DNA of 64,000 nucleotides from Eubacteriales bacterium (GCA_045540175.1 JAZQGU010000070.1:41412-105411); one strand, 5' to 3'. Positions 35,707 to 46,394 are shown, counted from the first letter of the stretch. Notes: generated from the letters alone by a model not told the origin. Numbers and translations: made by a program.

Positions 35707-37194
35707 TTATTCTTCAATAATAATTTTATATTTGTTTGACTCGTCATCCGACGTGTGTGCCAGGATTACCTTTTCGCTTTCCATATATCCGAAAAGCGCG
35801 GTCAGGTGGGTTACGAAAACGTATTTTGTCTTCAGCTTGGGCATAAAACGCAGAATGTCGTATATGCTTTTCGTTCCCTCTTTATACGAGGTCGTTTGGA
35901 AAGTCTCGTTTAACAGGATGAGTGAATAGGGGGTCAGTCGGTCAAGTATTGCCGCTATTTCCCTTGCCTCCTGGTCGAATCTTCCTCTCGCGTCACCCTT
36001 TAAGAACTCCTCTTCTGCCGAGGAGAAATGTGAGAAGAAGCCGCGGCGTATGCTCATTTCCGCGCTTTCGGCAAGAACGGGAAGCCCTGCCTGCGAAAAG
36101 AGCTGTGCCGCACCAATCGCACGAAGATATACCGTTTTTCCACTATCGGTAAGACCTTTGACGAGCAGTCCTGCGGTATCGCCCTCTAGTGACAGGTCGT
36201 TCGGAACCGTTTTACCGCCGAGGCCGTTTGACAGGAGCACGAGTTCACGAAGCCCTTTCATCGAAAAACGGTCACATTCCTCCGGCAGGACCTTCGGAAG
36301 TGTGAGCGGAACGCCTGATTCCTCCGCTTTTTCGGCGTAAAGGATCGCCGCTTCATAGAACATCAGCTCGTTTGACAGTCCGAAAAATGCGTCGTAAACG
36401 TCGTTCGTTACCTTTGTCAGAGCCGAATCAATGCGCTGAAGCGCCTCGTTAAGAATGTACTGTGCATCGTTCAGAGGATCCTCGCCTGCGCCCGAAAGCA
36501 CAGCTTTGATCTCGGTACCGTCATCGTCCTTCTTCTTTGCGAAAAGCTTGGAAAACGCGTTTGCTTCAGCTTTTCTTTCCGATATATCCGAAAGATCACA
36601 GGAAAGCAGTCTCAGGGCTCTGTCAAGTGTAAATACTACCGTAAAATCGAAATCCGACGGAGTTTTATAGCGGAAGCGCTGTGATATCGAAACGAGCTCT
36701 CCGAGTGCCTCGTTTTCCGTCATGCTGACGCACCAATCTCTTATTGCAATAAGCCCTTCGCTCTTTATCGGATACTGTCCGAGAGTTTCTCCTATCGTTC
36801 CGAAGAAGGATGCTATCGTCGACGGGAAGATCGCAGTTACCTTAAGCGATGCGAAGGTATGCTCGAGAAGCGCTTCGGAATTGATCTCCGATCCGCTTCC
36901 GTTCACGGCGCTCAGCTTCATTTCCTGCCAGTCGCTTTTGATCTTATCGTAACGCAGAAACAGCGTTTTCAACACAGGCAAAAGCCCGTCTATATTCTTC
37001 AGATCCGAGTATATTTCCTGGCGGAAATCAATGTTTTCCTTTTTAGTCAACGGTTTTTCGATAACCGATATAAAATATTCTGCGCGTCTTTTGTCCTCGA
37101 CGATTTCTCTAATTGCTCGGTCGACCGAAAGGTCGTAGATCACTTTGCATTCGGCATAATTATCAGGGATCTTACTCAGAAGACTGAATTTCAT
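35707..37194 (-). CDS. MutS-related ATPase (domain V core only), downstream paralog
   Basis: Walker A region is KGLTDSGKTVYLRAIGAAQLFSQAGLPVLAES, Walker B is LILLNETFQTT, followed by VFVTHLT. There is no mismatch-binding, clamp or Smr domain. The protein ends at KYKIIIEE. Confidence 0.75.
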   Translation of the reverse strand: MKFSLLSKIPDNYAECKVIYDLSVDRAIREIVEDKRRAEYFISVIEKPLTKKENIDFRQEIYSDLKNIDGLLPVLKTLFLRYDKIKSDWQEMKLSAVNGSGSEINSEALLEHTFASLKVTAIFPSTIASFFGTIGETLGQYPIKSEGLIAIRDWCVSMTENEALGELVSISQRFRYKTPSDFDFTVVFTLDRALRLLSCDLSDISERKAEANAFSKLFAKKKDDDGTEIKAVLSGAGEDPLNDAQYILNEALQRIDSALTKVTNDVYDAFFGLSNELMFYEAAILYAEKAEESGVPLTLPKVLPEECDRFSMKGLRELVLLSNGLGGKTVPNDLSLEGDTAGLLVKGLTDSGKTVYLRAIGAAQLFSQAGLPVLAESAEMSIRRGFFSHFSSAEEEFLKGDARGRFDQEAREIAAILDRLTPYSLILLNETFQTTSYKEGTKSIYDILRFMPKLKTKYVFVTHLTALFGYMESEKVILAHTSDDESNKYKIIIEE

Positions 37195-38660
37195 TATGAT
37201 TCCTCCCCGTTTTCAAGCTTACCAAAGCGATTTTCAAGCGCCTCGAAGGTCAGACCGCATCGGATGAGGATATCCTTTGCGTACGATCCGCCAACACTCT
37301 TTTGGCGCGCGATCTTATATGTGCGCCGGTTTTCGTCGTTAAGGTCTATAAGCACGTTCAGATACGGTATTTCGCTTTCTCTAAGGCCATGCTGATGAGT
37401 AATGTAGAGACCGAATATTCTCTTTTCCCAAAGCTCTGACGCGAGCTTTTCCGTCATCATTACGGCGTTTTCTTCATTCGTCGTAGAGTAAGTTTCATTA
37501 AGGAGAACAAGCGAATCTTCATCCATATTTTCAAGAATCGCTTTTACTCTGTTGTTTTCCTCTACGAAGCGTCCGCTTCCGTCGAAGCGTTCGTCGCGCG
37601 GAAAATGCGCGAACACCGAACTTATATCAGAGATCGCCGCGCTTTTACACGGAACGGGACATCCGAGAAGAAACATAATGACCGCTATACCGACTGTTCG
37701 CAGATACGTCGTTTTACCGCCGCCGTTTGCTCCCGTGAGGAAGTAGAACGGTTCTTCCTTTGTAAACCTGATATCGTTCGGGACGATATTCGTTTCGTTT
37801 TTTGCAAGGAGCGAGACGTCGTATGCCTCGGTAACGCTGATAATTCTGCCCTCTGCTACCGTAGGATAAGTCAGCGGAATGCCCGCATCCCGGATCCTGT
37901 CGATAAAATCAAGCATCGTCAGATAAAACTCTATTTCCTTGCGGTAATAAATAATATTTTTACGGTAATATCCGAGAAACTCGCTCTTGAAGCTCTTAAG
38001 CTCCTTCATAAGCTCGGGGCGCAGACACGCGGCACCGTAAATTATATCGGGAGAAAGCTCACGGCTTTCGGGGCTTTTGATCTTCGGGATATCGGTTCCG
38101 AGAATTTTGGCGCAGGAAATAATACCGTCAAGGAAGGTGTTTTCACCGCCTGCGGTCATTTTGACCTTATTTCCCGAAACCTTTACCGAGCTTGTCAGCG
38201 CCTTTTCCGCTTCGGGTATGAGCGAATTAAGCTTATCGCTCATTTCTTTATACTGCGTGTTTTCGCTTTCCTCGTGAAGAGCCGACGCAAAGCGGCTCGA
38301 CAGCGGGTCGGATAAATCACACCTTGAAGCAAGATCGGTAAACTCTCTCACAGCTTGAGAAAGAAAAGCGAAGATCAAACATCTTCCCTCATCGGTAGAT
38401 GCTTCCTCAAACGCAGAGTTCAAGGTATAAATATCGCAGGATATTTCGTAAAGCTTTCTGAATCTGTTTCTGTTTTCACAGTCGCTGAGGCGCATAAAAA
38501 GCTCCTGCCTCGGGAGAATATTATCCTTTTCACAGGGGACCGATGCGCTTTTTGCGACTCTTTTCGGTATGAAGTTAAGAAGCTGGAGATCTTCAAAGAC
38601 CGATACGTCGATCGCCTTTTTCCTCGGCTTCGTATAATACAGCAGACTGGGGTATCCCAT
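37194..38660 (-). CDS. MutS-related ATPase (domain V core only), upstream paralog
   Basis: N-terminus is ..PSLLYY. Walker A region is LTGANGGGKTTYLRTVGIAVIMFLLGCPVPCKS, Walker B is LVLLNETYSTT, followed by YITHQH. The MutS-like tail is YKIARQKSVGGSYAKDILIRCGL. Its stop shares one nucleotide with the next ATG (TAATG). Confidence 0.75.
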   Translation of the reverse strand: MGYPSLLYYTKPRKKAIDVSVFEDLQLLNFIPKRVAKSASVPCEKDNILPRQELFMRLSDCENRNRFRKLYEISCDIYTLNSAFEEASTDEGRCLIFAFLSQAVREFTDLASRCDLSDPLSSRFASALHEESENTQYKEMSDKLNSLIPEAEKALTSSVKVSGNKVKMTAGGENTFLDGIISCAKILGTDIPKIKSPESRELSPDIIYGAACLRPELMKELKSFKSEFLGYYRKNIIYYRKEIEFYLTMLDFIDRIRDAGIPLTYPTVAEGRIISVTEAYDVSLLAKNETNIVPNDIRFTKEEPFYFLTGANGGGKTTYLRTVGIAVIMFLLGCPVPCKSAAISDISSVFAHFPRDERFDGSGRFVEENNRVKAILENMDEDSLVLLNETYSTTNEENAVMMTEKLASELWEKRIFGLYITHQHGLRESEIPYLNVLIDLNDENRRTYKIARQKSVGGSYAKDILIRCGLTFEALENRFGKLENGEES

Positions 38661-38797
38661 ATAGTATTTCCCTTCTTTTCTTTTACCTCTTAATTATACC
38701 CGCAAATTGCTTCCATTGCAAGCCTTATTTGTAAATATTTGCCCCCTTTACTATTGAAAAATGCCTTTTTATATGTTATAATTTCAGTATTAAATAT

Positions 38798-39331
38798 ATG
38801 GAGAGTACTATTTTGCTTACCGACAGATATTTTATGCCCGATATATATTTGAATGATATATATGAGATCACACCCAAAATGCTTCAAGAGCGAGGAATCA
38901 AGGCTGTGCTTCTTGACATCGACAATACTCTTGTGACCTACGATGATCCGAAGCCTACTGAAAGCGTTCTTAAATGGCTCGAATCGCTCAAAGCGGTCGG
39001 TATTTCGGCGGCGTTTATTTCAAATAACCACAAGGAAAGAGTTGAACTTTTCAATTCCGAGCTCAAGTTCTTCGCAACGTGGGACAGCCATAAGCCTTCG
39101 GGGAAATGCTACCGCGCGGCGATGGAGTTTCTCGGAACCGACGTGACTAATACTGCGGTTATCGGAGACCAGGTATTTACCGACGTATGGAGTGCGAAGC
39201 GTCTGAAGCTTTTTGCGATCCTCGTTAAGCCGATCAAGGACAAGACCTCTCTCTTCTTCCGCTCAAAAAGAGCCCTTGAAAAACCTATACTCCGCCGTTA
39301 TAAGAAAATGCACGGGGAGAGCGCAAAATGA
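38798..39331 (+). CDS. yqeG: YqeG-family HAD-IIIA phosphatase
   Basis: DIYEITPKMLQERGIKAVLLDIDNTLV...ISNN...GDQVFTD. An alternative start is at ATG 38833. Confidence 0.8.
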   Translation: MESTILLTDRYFMPDIYLNDIYEITPKMLQERGIKAVLLDIDNTLVTYDDPKPTESVLKWLESLKAVGISAAFISNNHKERVELFNSELKFFATWDSHKPSGKCYRAAMEFLGTDVTNTAVIGDQVFTDVWSAKRLKLFAILVKPIKDKTSLFFRSKRALEKPILRRYKKMHGESAK

Positions 39332-40125
39332 GCGTTTTTCTCTGTCCGAAATGCCGTAAGGCGCTGATACGGGTAGGAAACTCCCTAAAATGCGAAAATA
39401 GACACTGTTTTGATTTTTCGTCAGATGGATACGTTAATCTCGTTATGGGAAAGATAAGCGGCGGTGACAGCCCCGATATGTGCCGGGCACGTCATGAGTT
39501 TTTAAGCGCGGGATATTACGAGCCGTTTGCAGAAGAGATCTCGGCAGTCATAAAGGAATTTTCCGCCGTTAAAATATGCGATGCCGGCTGCGGCGAGGGC
39601 TACTATTCCAGAGTCATAAAAAGCAGGAATCCAAATGCCGAGATCGTCGGATTTGATCTTGCGAAAACCTCTGTAAAGTACGCTTCAAAAGCCGAAAAGT
39701 GCAAGCCGGATCCAATAAATTACGCGGTTTGCGGAATTTTCGATATGCCGCTTCCCGATAACAGCTACGACGCGCTGATCTCGGTCTTTGCACCGGTCCC
39801 CGACAAGGAAGCTCACCGAATCCTTAAAGACGGCGGAATAATGATCGTCTGCCATCCCGGAAAAGACCATTTGAGCGGATTAAAAAAGCTCGTTTACGAT
39901 ACGCCTTACGACAATGAAGAGGCATATACCGCATATTTCGGATTCGAAAAGATACTTGAAAGACGCGTGAAATACGAAGTTACCGTCGCAAAGGAACACA
40001 TCTTTTCCCTCTTTTTGATGACGCCGTATTACTGGAAAACATCACGGTCTGACGCTGAAAAGCTAAAACATGCCGATAAGCTCGAAACCGAGCTCGATTT
40101 TATTATTTCTATTTACAGAAAGTGA
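39328..40125 (+). CDS. rlmA: 23S rRNA (guanine-N1)-methyltransferase, RlmA family
   Basis: The N-terminal zinc ribbon is LCPKCRKAL...CENRHCFDFSSDGYVNL. The SAM motif is DAGCGEGYY. Confidence 0.8.
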   Translation: MSVFLCPKCRKALIRVGNSLKCENRHCFDFSSDGYVNLVMGKISGGDSPDMCRARHEFLSAGYYEPFAEEISAVIKEFSAVKICDAGCGEGYYSRVIKSRNPNAEIVGFDLAKTSVKYASKAEKCKPDPINYAVCGIFDMPLPDNSYDALISVFAPVPDKEAHRILKDGGIMIVCHPGKDHLSGLKKLVYDTPYDNEEAYTAYFGFEKILERRVKYEVTVAKEHIFSLFLMTPYYWKTSRSDAEKLKHADKLETELDFIISIYRK

Positions 40126-41435
40126 GAAACGCCGTGGCAAAAGAAATTAAGCGATTTGATTTCGCAAAAAAGCCGAAAAAGCCCAGCTCTACCCTCAATT
40201 TCCTTGCAAAGAACATTCTCTGCAAACCCGACCTGAAAAAGAGAAATGCAAAAATAATAAAGCGCGGAATGGAGGAATACGAGGGCAAACCCTATCTTCT
40301 TCTCATAAACCACGCATCTATGGTCGACCTCAACATTATGATGATGGCGACTCATCCATACAAGGCTAATAACGTAATGACTCTCGAAGGTTTCCGCGAT
40401 TATACCGAGATTCTCATGAGAAACATGGGTGTTCTCGGCAAGAGAAAATACGTCTCCGACGTTCACCTCGTAAAGAACATTAAATACTGTCTGCATGAAT
40501 TAAAGACTGTATTCGCGCTGTTTGCGGAAGCGAGATATTCCCTTGACGGCAGAACCTCGTTCCTGCCCGAATCGCTCGGTCAGCTTGTCAAGATACTAAA
40601 GGTACCGGTCGTAATGCTGAAGATTCACGGTAATTTCGTCACCTGTCCGCAATGGAATAAAATAAACAAGAAAACCTACGTTGAAGCCGAAATGTACCCG
40701 CTTTTTACCGTTGAGGACCTCAAAAACTACTCCTCAAAGGAGCTTTTCGAGAAGATAAAAGAGGCTTATCAGTACGACGACTTCGCTTGGCAGCTTGAAA
40801 ACAAGATCATAATCGACCATCCCGAAAGAGCAAAGGGGCTTAACAGCCTCCTCTACAAGTGTCCTAAGTGCGGAACCGAGGGTAAAATGGAGGCGAGCGG
40901 AGCCACACTTTCCTGTACTGCCTGCGGCAAGAATTGGTTCATGAATGAATACGGACAGCTTGAAGGTGACGACGGCAGAACAGAGTTCTCCGAGATTCCC
41001 GAATGGGCAAGATGGGAGCGCGATATTGTACGCGAGCGCATAAGAAACGGTACTTACTATTTTGAAGATACCGTTCGTGTCGAGACTCTTCCCAATTCTC
41101 TTAAGTTCTACAAGCAGGGCGAGGGCAAGCTGGTTCAGACTCCCGAGGGAACAACTCTTACCTGCACCTGCTACGGTGAAGAAATTACCGTAGAAAAGCC
41201 CGGAATAGCCCTCGAAAGCATGCACGTTGAATACGATTACCGCGGAAACGGAGACTGCGTCGACATTTCTATCCCCGACGACAGCTTCTGGTGTTACCTA
41301 ACAAAGAAGGACGTTATCACTCAGCTTGCTTTTGCAACCGAGGAGATACACATTTACGCAAAAGAAAAACGCGAAGCTGAAAAGCTCGCAAGATCAAACA
41401 AAGGAAAAGAGGAAAAAGAAAATGGCAGTAATTAA
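40122..41435 (+). CDS. Lysophospholipid acyltransferase (PlsC/LPLAT) family protein with a C-terminal zinc-ribbon domain
   Basis: The HX4D motif is NHASMVD. Later comes CPKCGTEGKM...CTACGKNW. The start is uncertain (GTG 40122 overlaps the rlmA stop). Confidence 0.7.
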   Translation: MRNAVAKEIKRFDFAKKPKKPSSTLNFLAKNILCKPDLKKRNAKIIKRGMEEYEGKPYLLLINHASMVDLNIMMMATHPYKANNVMTLEGFRDYTEILMRNMGVLGKRKYVSDVHLVKNIKYCLHELKTVFALFAEARYSLDGRTSFLPESLGQLVKILKVPVVMLKIHGNFVTCPQWNKINKKTYVEAEMYPLFTVEDLKNYSSKELFEKIKEAYQYDDFAWQLENKIIIDHPERAKGLNSLLYKCPKCGTEGKMEASGATLSCTACGKNWFMNEYGQLEGDDGRTEFSEIPEWARWERDIVRERIRNGTYYFEDTVRVETLPNSLKFYKQGEGKLVQTPEGTTLTCTCYGEEITVEKPGIALESMHVEYDYRGNGDCVDISIPDDSFWCYLTKKDVITQLAFATEEIHIYAKEKREAEKLARSNKGKEEKENGSN

Positions 41436-43113
41436 GGTAGCCGATCTTCCCTACAAGAGATATACCATTGAGGAAGGCAAGGCGGCGTTTGAAAAATTCG
41501 AAGCGGCGATGAAGGAGGCAATGTGCGCAAACTGCGTTATGCGCGCAAGAAAAGCTTTCAGAACGGAAATGCGTAAATACGAAACACAGTATTCGCTTGC
41601 ATATTGCCGTTACACACTTAATACCAAAGACGAGTTCTACAAGGGAGAAATGGACTATTACGATAACGTCGGTCCCCTTTTCAGCGAGATCGGAACAAAT
41701 TACGCCGCTCTTATGCTGGACAGCCCCTATCGCGCAGACCTTGAAAAGCGTCTCGGCGAGCGTCTGTTTAAGATGTGGGAAATCGCAAGAAAGACCTTCT
41801 CTCCCGAGATCATAACCGATCTTCAGGAGGAAAACACCGTAATCACCGAGTATTCTCAGCTTATGTCGACGATGGTATTCGTTTATAACGGCGAGGAAAT
41901 GCCTCTTTCCGTTCTACGCGGAAAGCTCGAGGACGCTGACCGTTCGGTGAGAAAGGCGGCAGCGACAGCTATCGGAGAGGGTCTTGAAAGAAACTCGGAT
42001 AAGCTTGACGAGATCTACGACCGACTTGTAAAGATCCGCACCGGAATTGCGAAAAAGCTCGGTTATGAGACCTTTACCGAGCTTGGATATTACCGTATGG
42101 GACGTCTTGACTACGATGCGGAAATGGTTGCTTCGTTCAGAGAAAACGTAAGAAAATCGCTCGTTCCCGTTGTCGCTGAAATCAAGGAGCAGGTAAGAAA
42201 AGAACTCGGATACGATTCCATCACGTTTTATGATAACAGCATCTACGGCGGCGGAAGCTCTATCGTTCCGATTCTCGACAAGGACGGAATGTTCGCCGAG
42301 GCTCAGAAGATGTACGATGCTATGAACCCCGAGATCGGCGCCTTTATGAAGTCGATGCAGGAGGCGGAGGCGTTTGACGTTGAGTCGCGCGATGGCAAGT
42401 GGGGCGGCGGATACTGCACGGTATTCGAGGATTACAAGCAGCCCTTTATTCTCGCAAACTTTAACGGCACGACGGGCGACGTCGACGTTCTTACCCACGA
42501 ATTCGGTCACGCATTCGCCATGAAGAAGGCGCTTGACAAGGCAGACTGCGAGCTCGGTATCGGCGGATCTGAAACCGCAGAATGCCACTCTATGAGTATG
42601 GAATTCTTCTCATGGCCGTCTATGAACGCATTCTTCGGAAATGACGGAGACCGTTACCGCAGAAAGCATTTGATATCCGCTCTCGATTTCATTCCTTACG
42701 GCGTTATGGTTGACGAGTTCCAGCATGAGATATATGCTAACCCCGACCTTACTCCGGCAGAGAGAAAGAACGTATGGCTCAATCTTGAGAAGAAGTACCG
42801 CCCGTATATGGACTATGACAATCTTCCCTACCTCTCGCTCGGTACCCGTTGGCAGTATCAGATGCACATTTACGAGTCGCCCTTCTATTATATCGACTAC
42901 TGTCTTGCACAGACCGTTGCTATCGGATTCCTTTGCGCTTCCCGTGATAACTACAAATCAGCCCTTGACGCTTACATTAATTTCTGTCAGGCAGGCGGAG
43001 AGAAGTCATTCCCCGAGCTCATTTCCGATGCGGGTCTGTCCAATCCCTTTGAGGACGGCGCTCTCGATAAGATGGCAGAAAAGACCCTCGCGATTATCAA
43101 TTCGTTTAACTGA
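41422..43113 (+). CDS. M3B family oligoendopeptidase (PepF-like)
   Basis: The zinc site is LTHEFGHAF with a downstream E. Length is ~560 aa. The start is at ATG 41422; the track ORF starts 32 codons earlier inside the upstream gene. Confidence 0.85.
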   Translation: MAVIKVADLPYKRYTIEEGKAAFEKFEAAMKEAMCANCVMRARKAFRTEMRKYETQYSLAYCRYTLNTKDEFYKGEMDYYDNVGPLFSEIGTNYAALMLDSPYRADLEKRLGERLFKMWEIARKTFSPEIITDLQEENTVITEYSQLMSTMVFVYNGEEMPLSVLRGKLEDADRSVRKAAATAIGEGLERNSDKLDEIYDRLVKIRTGIAKKLGYETFTELGYYRMGRLDYDAEMVASFRENVRKSLVPVVAEIKEQVRKELGYDSITFYDNSIYGGGSSIVPILDKDGMFAEAQKMYDAMNPEIGAFMKSMQEAEAFDVESRDGKWGGGYCTVFEDYKQPFILANFNGTTGDVDVLTHEFGHAFAMKKALDKADCELGIGGSETAECHSMSMEFFSWPSMNAFFGNDGDRYRRKHLISALDFIPYGVMVDEFQHEIYANPDLTPAERKNVWLNLEKKYRPYMDYDNLPYLSLGTRWQYQMHIYESPFYYIDYCLAQTVAIGFLCASRDNYKSALDAYINFCQAGGEKSFPELISDAGLSNPFEDGALDKMAEKTLAIINSFN

Positions 43114-43136
43114 TGGCAAAAGATCAATGAAAAAAG

Positions 43137-43170
43137 CATCCACCCGCTCAGCGGGTGGATGTTTCATTTT
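43137..43170 (+). terminator. Intrinsic terminator after the M3 peptidase gene
   Basis: CATCCACCCGC-tca-GCGGGTGGATG followed by TTTCATTTT. Confidence 0.8.
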
Positions 43171-43214
43171 CGGGCGTAGCTCTGTTACCAGCTACCCGTA
43201 AACGGATTTCCTTC

Positions 43215-43648
43215 CTTGCCTTCCCCAGCGGGGAAGGTGGCTGCGACGAAGGAGAGTCGGATGAGGAGAAATCAAAAGCGGAGTAACTGACTTATTATAA
43301 TCAGATTCCTTGTGTTCAATATACCTCATCCGAGGTTTACCTCTTACCTTTCCCCGAGGGGAAGGCAAGACAACGTGGCGAAGTTTCGATACGTTGTTTG
43401 TAGGGACAGGCGTCCTCGACTGTCCGCACAAAAACGATGTTACGCCCTCTCCGAACACCTCATCCACCACCTTCGGTGGTCCCCCTTCTCCCACTGGAGA
43501 AGGTAAATGACGCCTTAATGCTTCACCACGTTTTCGTAGGGCGGGGGTTTGCTCGGAACCCCCAAAACTCGCGTTCGCTCGTTTCGTGGAACCCCGCCGG
43601 CTCCTTCAGTCAGCTACGCTGACAGCTCCCGTAGGTTGCGTAGCAAAC
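43215..43648. repeat. Mosaic of GC-rich hairpin repeat modules (site B, at least 7 units in both orientations)
   Basis: Units are 43215-43266 (inverted CTTGCCTTCCCC-agc-GGGGAAGG..GATGAGG), 43323-43369, 43398-43443 (GTAGGG unit), 43457-43506, 43533-43573, a hairpin at 43609-43623, and 43631-43648 (GTAGGTTGCGTAGCAAAC). Confidence 0.8.
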
Positions 43649-43771
43649 TACTCCGGAGTTGGAGCCATTGGCGTAAACTGCCCTTAAACTGCATTTTTCC
43701 TTTACATCATTTCTGTTCATCGGTAAACCTATATTGAACCCCGCCACTATGGCGGGGATTTCTGGTGCAAT

Positions 43772-43801
43772 AAAAAACAGCCACCGTCGGTGGCTGTTTT
43801 T
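43772..43801. terminator. Bidirectional hairpin terminator next to the surface-protein gene
   Basis: CAGCCACCG-tc-GGTGGCTG between A6 and T5 tracts. Confidence 0.8.
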
Positions 43802-43813
43802 CATTGTTTCAAA

Positions 43814-44572
43814 TTAGTGCTTCTTGGAAACGTAAGCGATTCCGAAGAGTGCAACTACTGCCATTGCAACGTATGCAACAACATTGTCGCCGGTCTCGGG
43901 GTTGCTGGGAGTCTCGGGAGTCTCGGGAGCAGGAGTGGTCTCGCCGGTAACTTCGAAGGACATGAATCCTACGTTGAATCCACCGCCGGCAGTATTGCCT
44001 TCAGCTCTGCCGACTACGAGAAGGATCTGCTCGCCTGCAGCAAGCTCGACGCCCTCACCGGTAAGGGTGGTAACTTCGTTTCTTGCAATGTCAGCTGCTT
44101 CAACGAGAACGGTTCCGTCGTTCTTGATAACTCTGACAGCAACAGACTGTCCACCGTTCTTGTTAACCTGAATGCTGAAAGCATAGGTGCCGTTAGCGGG
44201 AGCGGTGAAGCCTACGAGAGAGTCGTAAAGGAAGGTGTTAGTAGGATACATATCAAACTTAACAACCTCTGCGTCGCCCTCGGTCTTCTGGGTAACGTTG
44301 TTAGTCGTGCCAGCGGCGTGATCGGAGCCTGCAACCCAGTGGCCGGGCCAAGATTCAGACCAGGTAGTGGTAGCCTCAGTCTCAACTGCTACTACAGCAG
44401 AGTTCTCGATGTCCCAAGCACCGATGAAGAAGTTACCATCAACGGTCTTTTCGAGAGAGAGATCTGCAGTGTAGGAAACGGATTCAGCGTTTACCGGGAT
44501 AGCGGCAAAAAGCATACAACCAATGACCATAACAGCTGCAATCACAACGGAAAGTTTGCGTGTTCTGTTCAT
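43814..44572 (-). CDS. Secreted surface protein with a C-terminal sortase-type sorting signal (NPETG)
   Basis: The signal peptide is MNRTRKLSVVIAAVMVIGCMLFAAIPVNAES. The C-terminus is PETPETPSNPETGD, then a hydrophobic helix, then KKH. The start is at ATG 44572, 6 nt after GGAGG. Confidence 0.7.
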   Translation of the reverse strand: MNRTRKLSVVIAAVMVIGCMLFAAIPVNAESVSYTADLSLEKTVDGNFFIGAWDIENSAVVAVETEATTTWSESWPGHWVAGSDHAAGTTNNVTQKTEGDAEVVKFDMYPTNTFLYDSLVGFTAPANGTYAFSIQVNKNGGQSVAVRVIKNDGTVLVEAADIARNEVTTLTGEGVELAAGEQILLVVGRAEGNTAGGGFNVGFMSFEVTGETTPAPETPETPSNPETGDNVVAYVAMAVVALFGIAYVSKKH

Positions 44573-44879
44573 AAGAACCTCCAAAATAAAATATAATATT
44601 ATATTGTAATACTCTCATCGCGTCTGTGACGTCAGAGAGTTATTACCGAAAACAGGTGCCTGCGCTTACTCAAATTGCTTTTTAAATGAATAAGTTACAG
44701 ACAAGCATATTATACCTCCCCCCCGCAGTATTTGTCAATACTTTTTGTGAAAAAAATTAATAATTTTCAAATAATTTTTAAATAATCATCGGAGGGGAGA
44801 AAATGATACCGTTATGTTACGAAAAGGTACAGACATTCACCGACAGTTTATGCTGTCCATTCGTCGCTTGTAGCGTCTA

Positions 44880-46394
<1,515 letters not shown>

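Noticed and set aside
43215-43648. Possible CRISPR array, because of the many short GC-rich palindromic repeats.
   Set aside because: The units are of several different types and occur in both orientations. They have irregular spacing and no uniform repeat-spacer periodicity. No cas genes are nearby.
43192-43804. Small ORFs across the repeat mosaic (43192..43494 -, 43310..43510 +, 43312..43506 +, 43437..43622 +, 43549..43737 +, 43610..43804 -). They look like a cluster of small proteins.
   Set aside because: They overlap each other in several frames and strands and have no RBS. Their sequences (for example LPSPRGKVRGKPRMR and GEGGPPKVVDEV) are direct translations of the hairpin repeat units, which also occur non-coding at 29979-30103.
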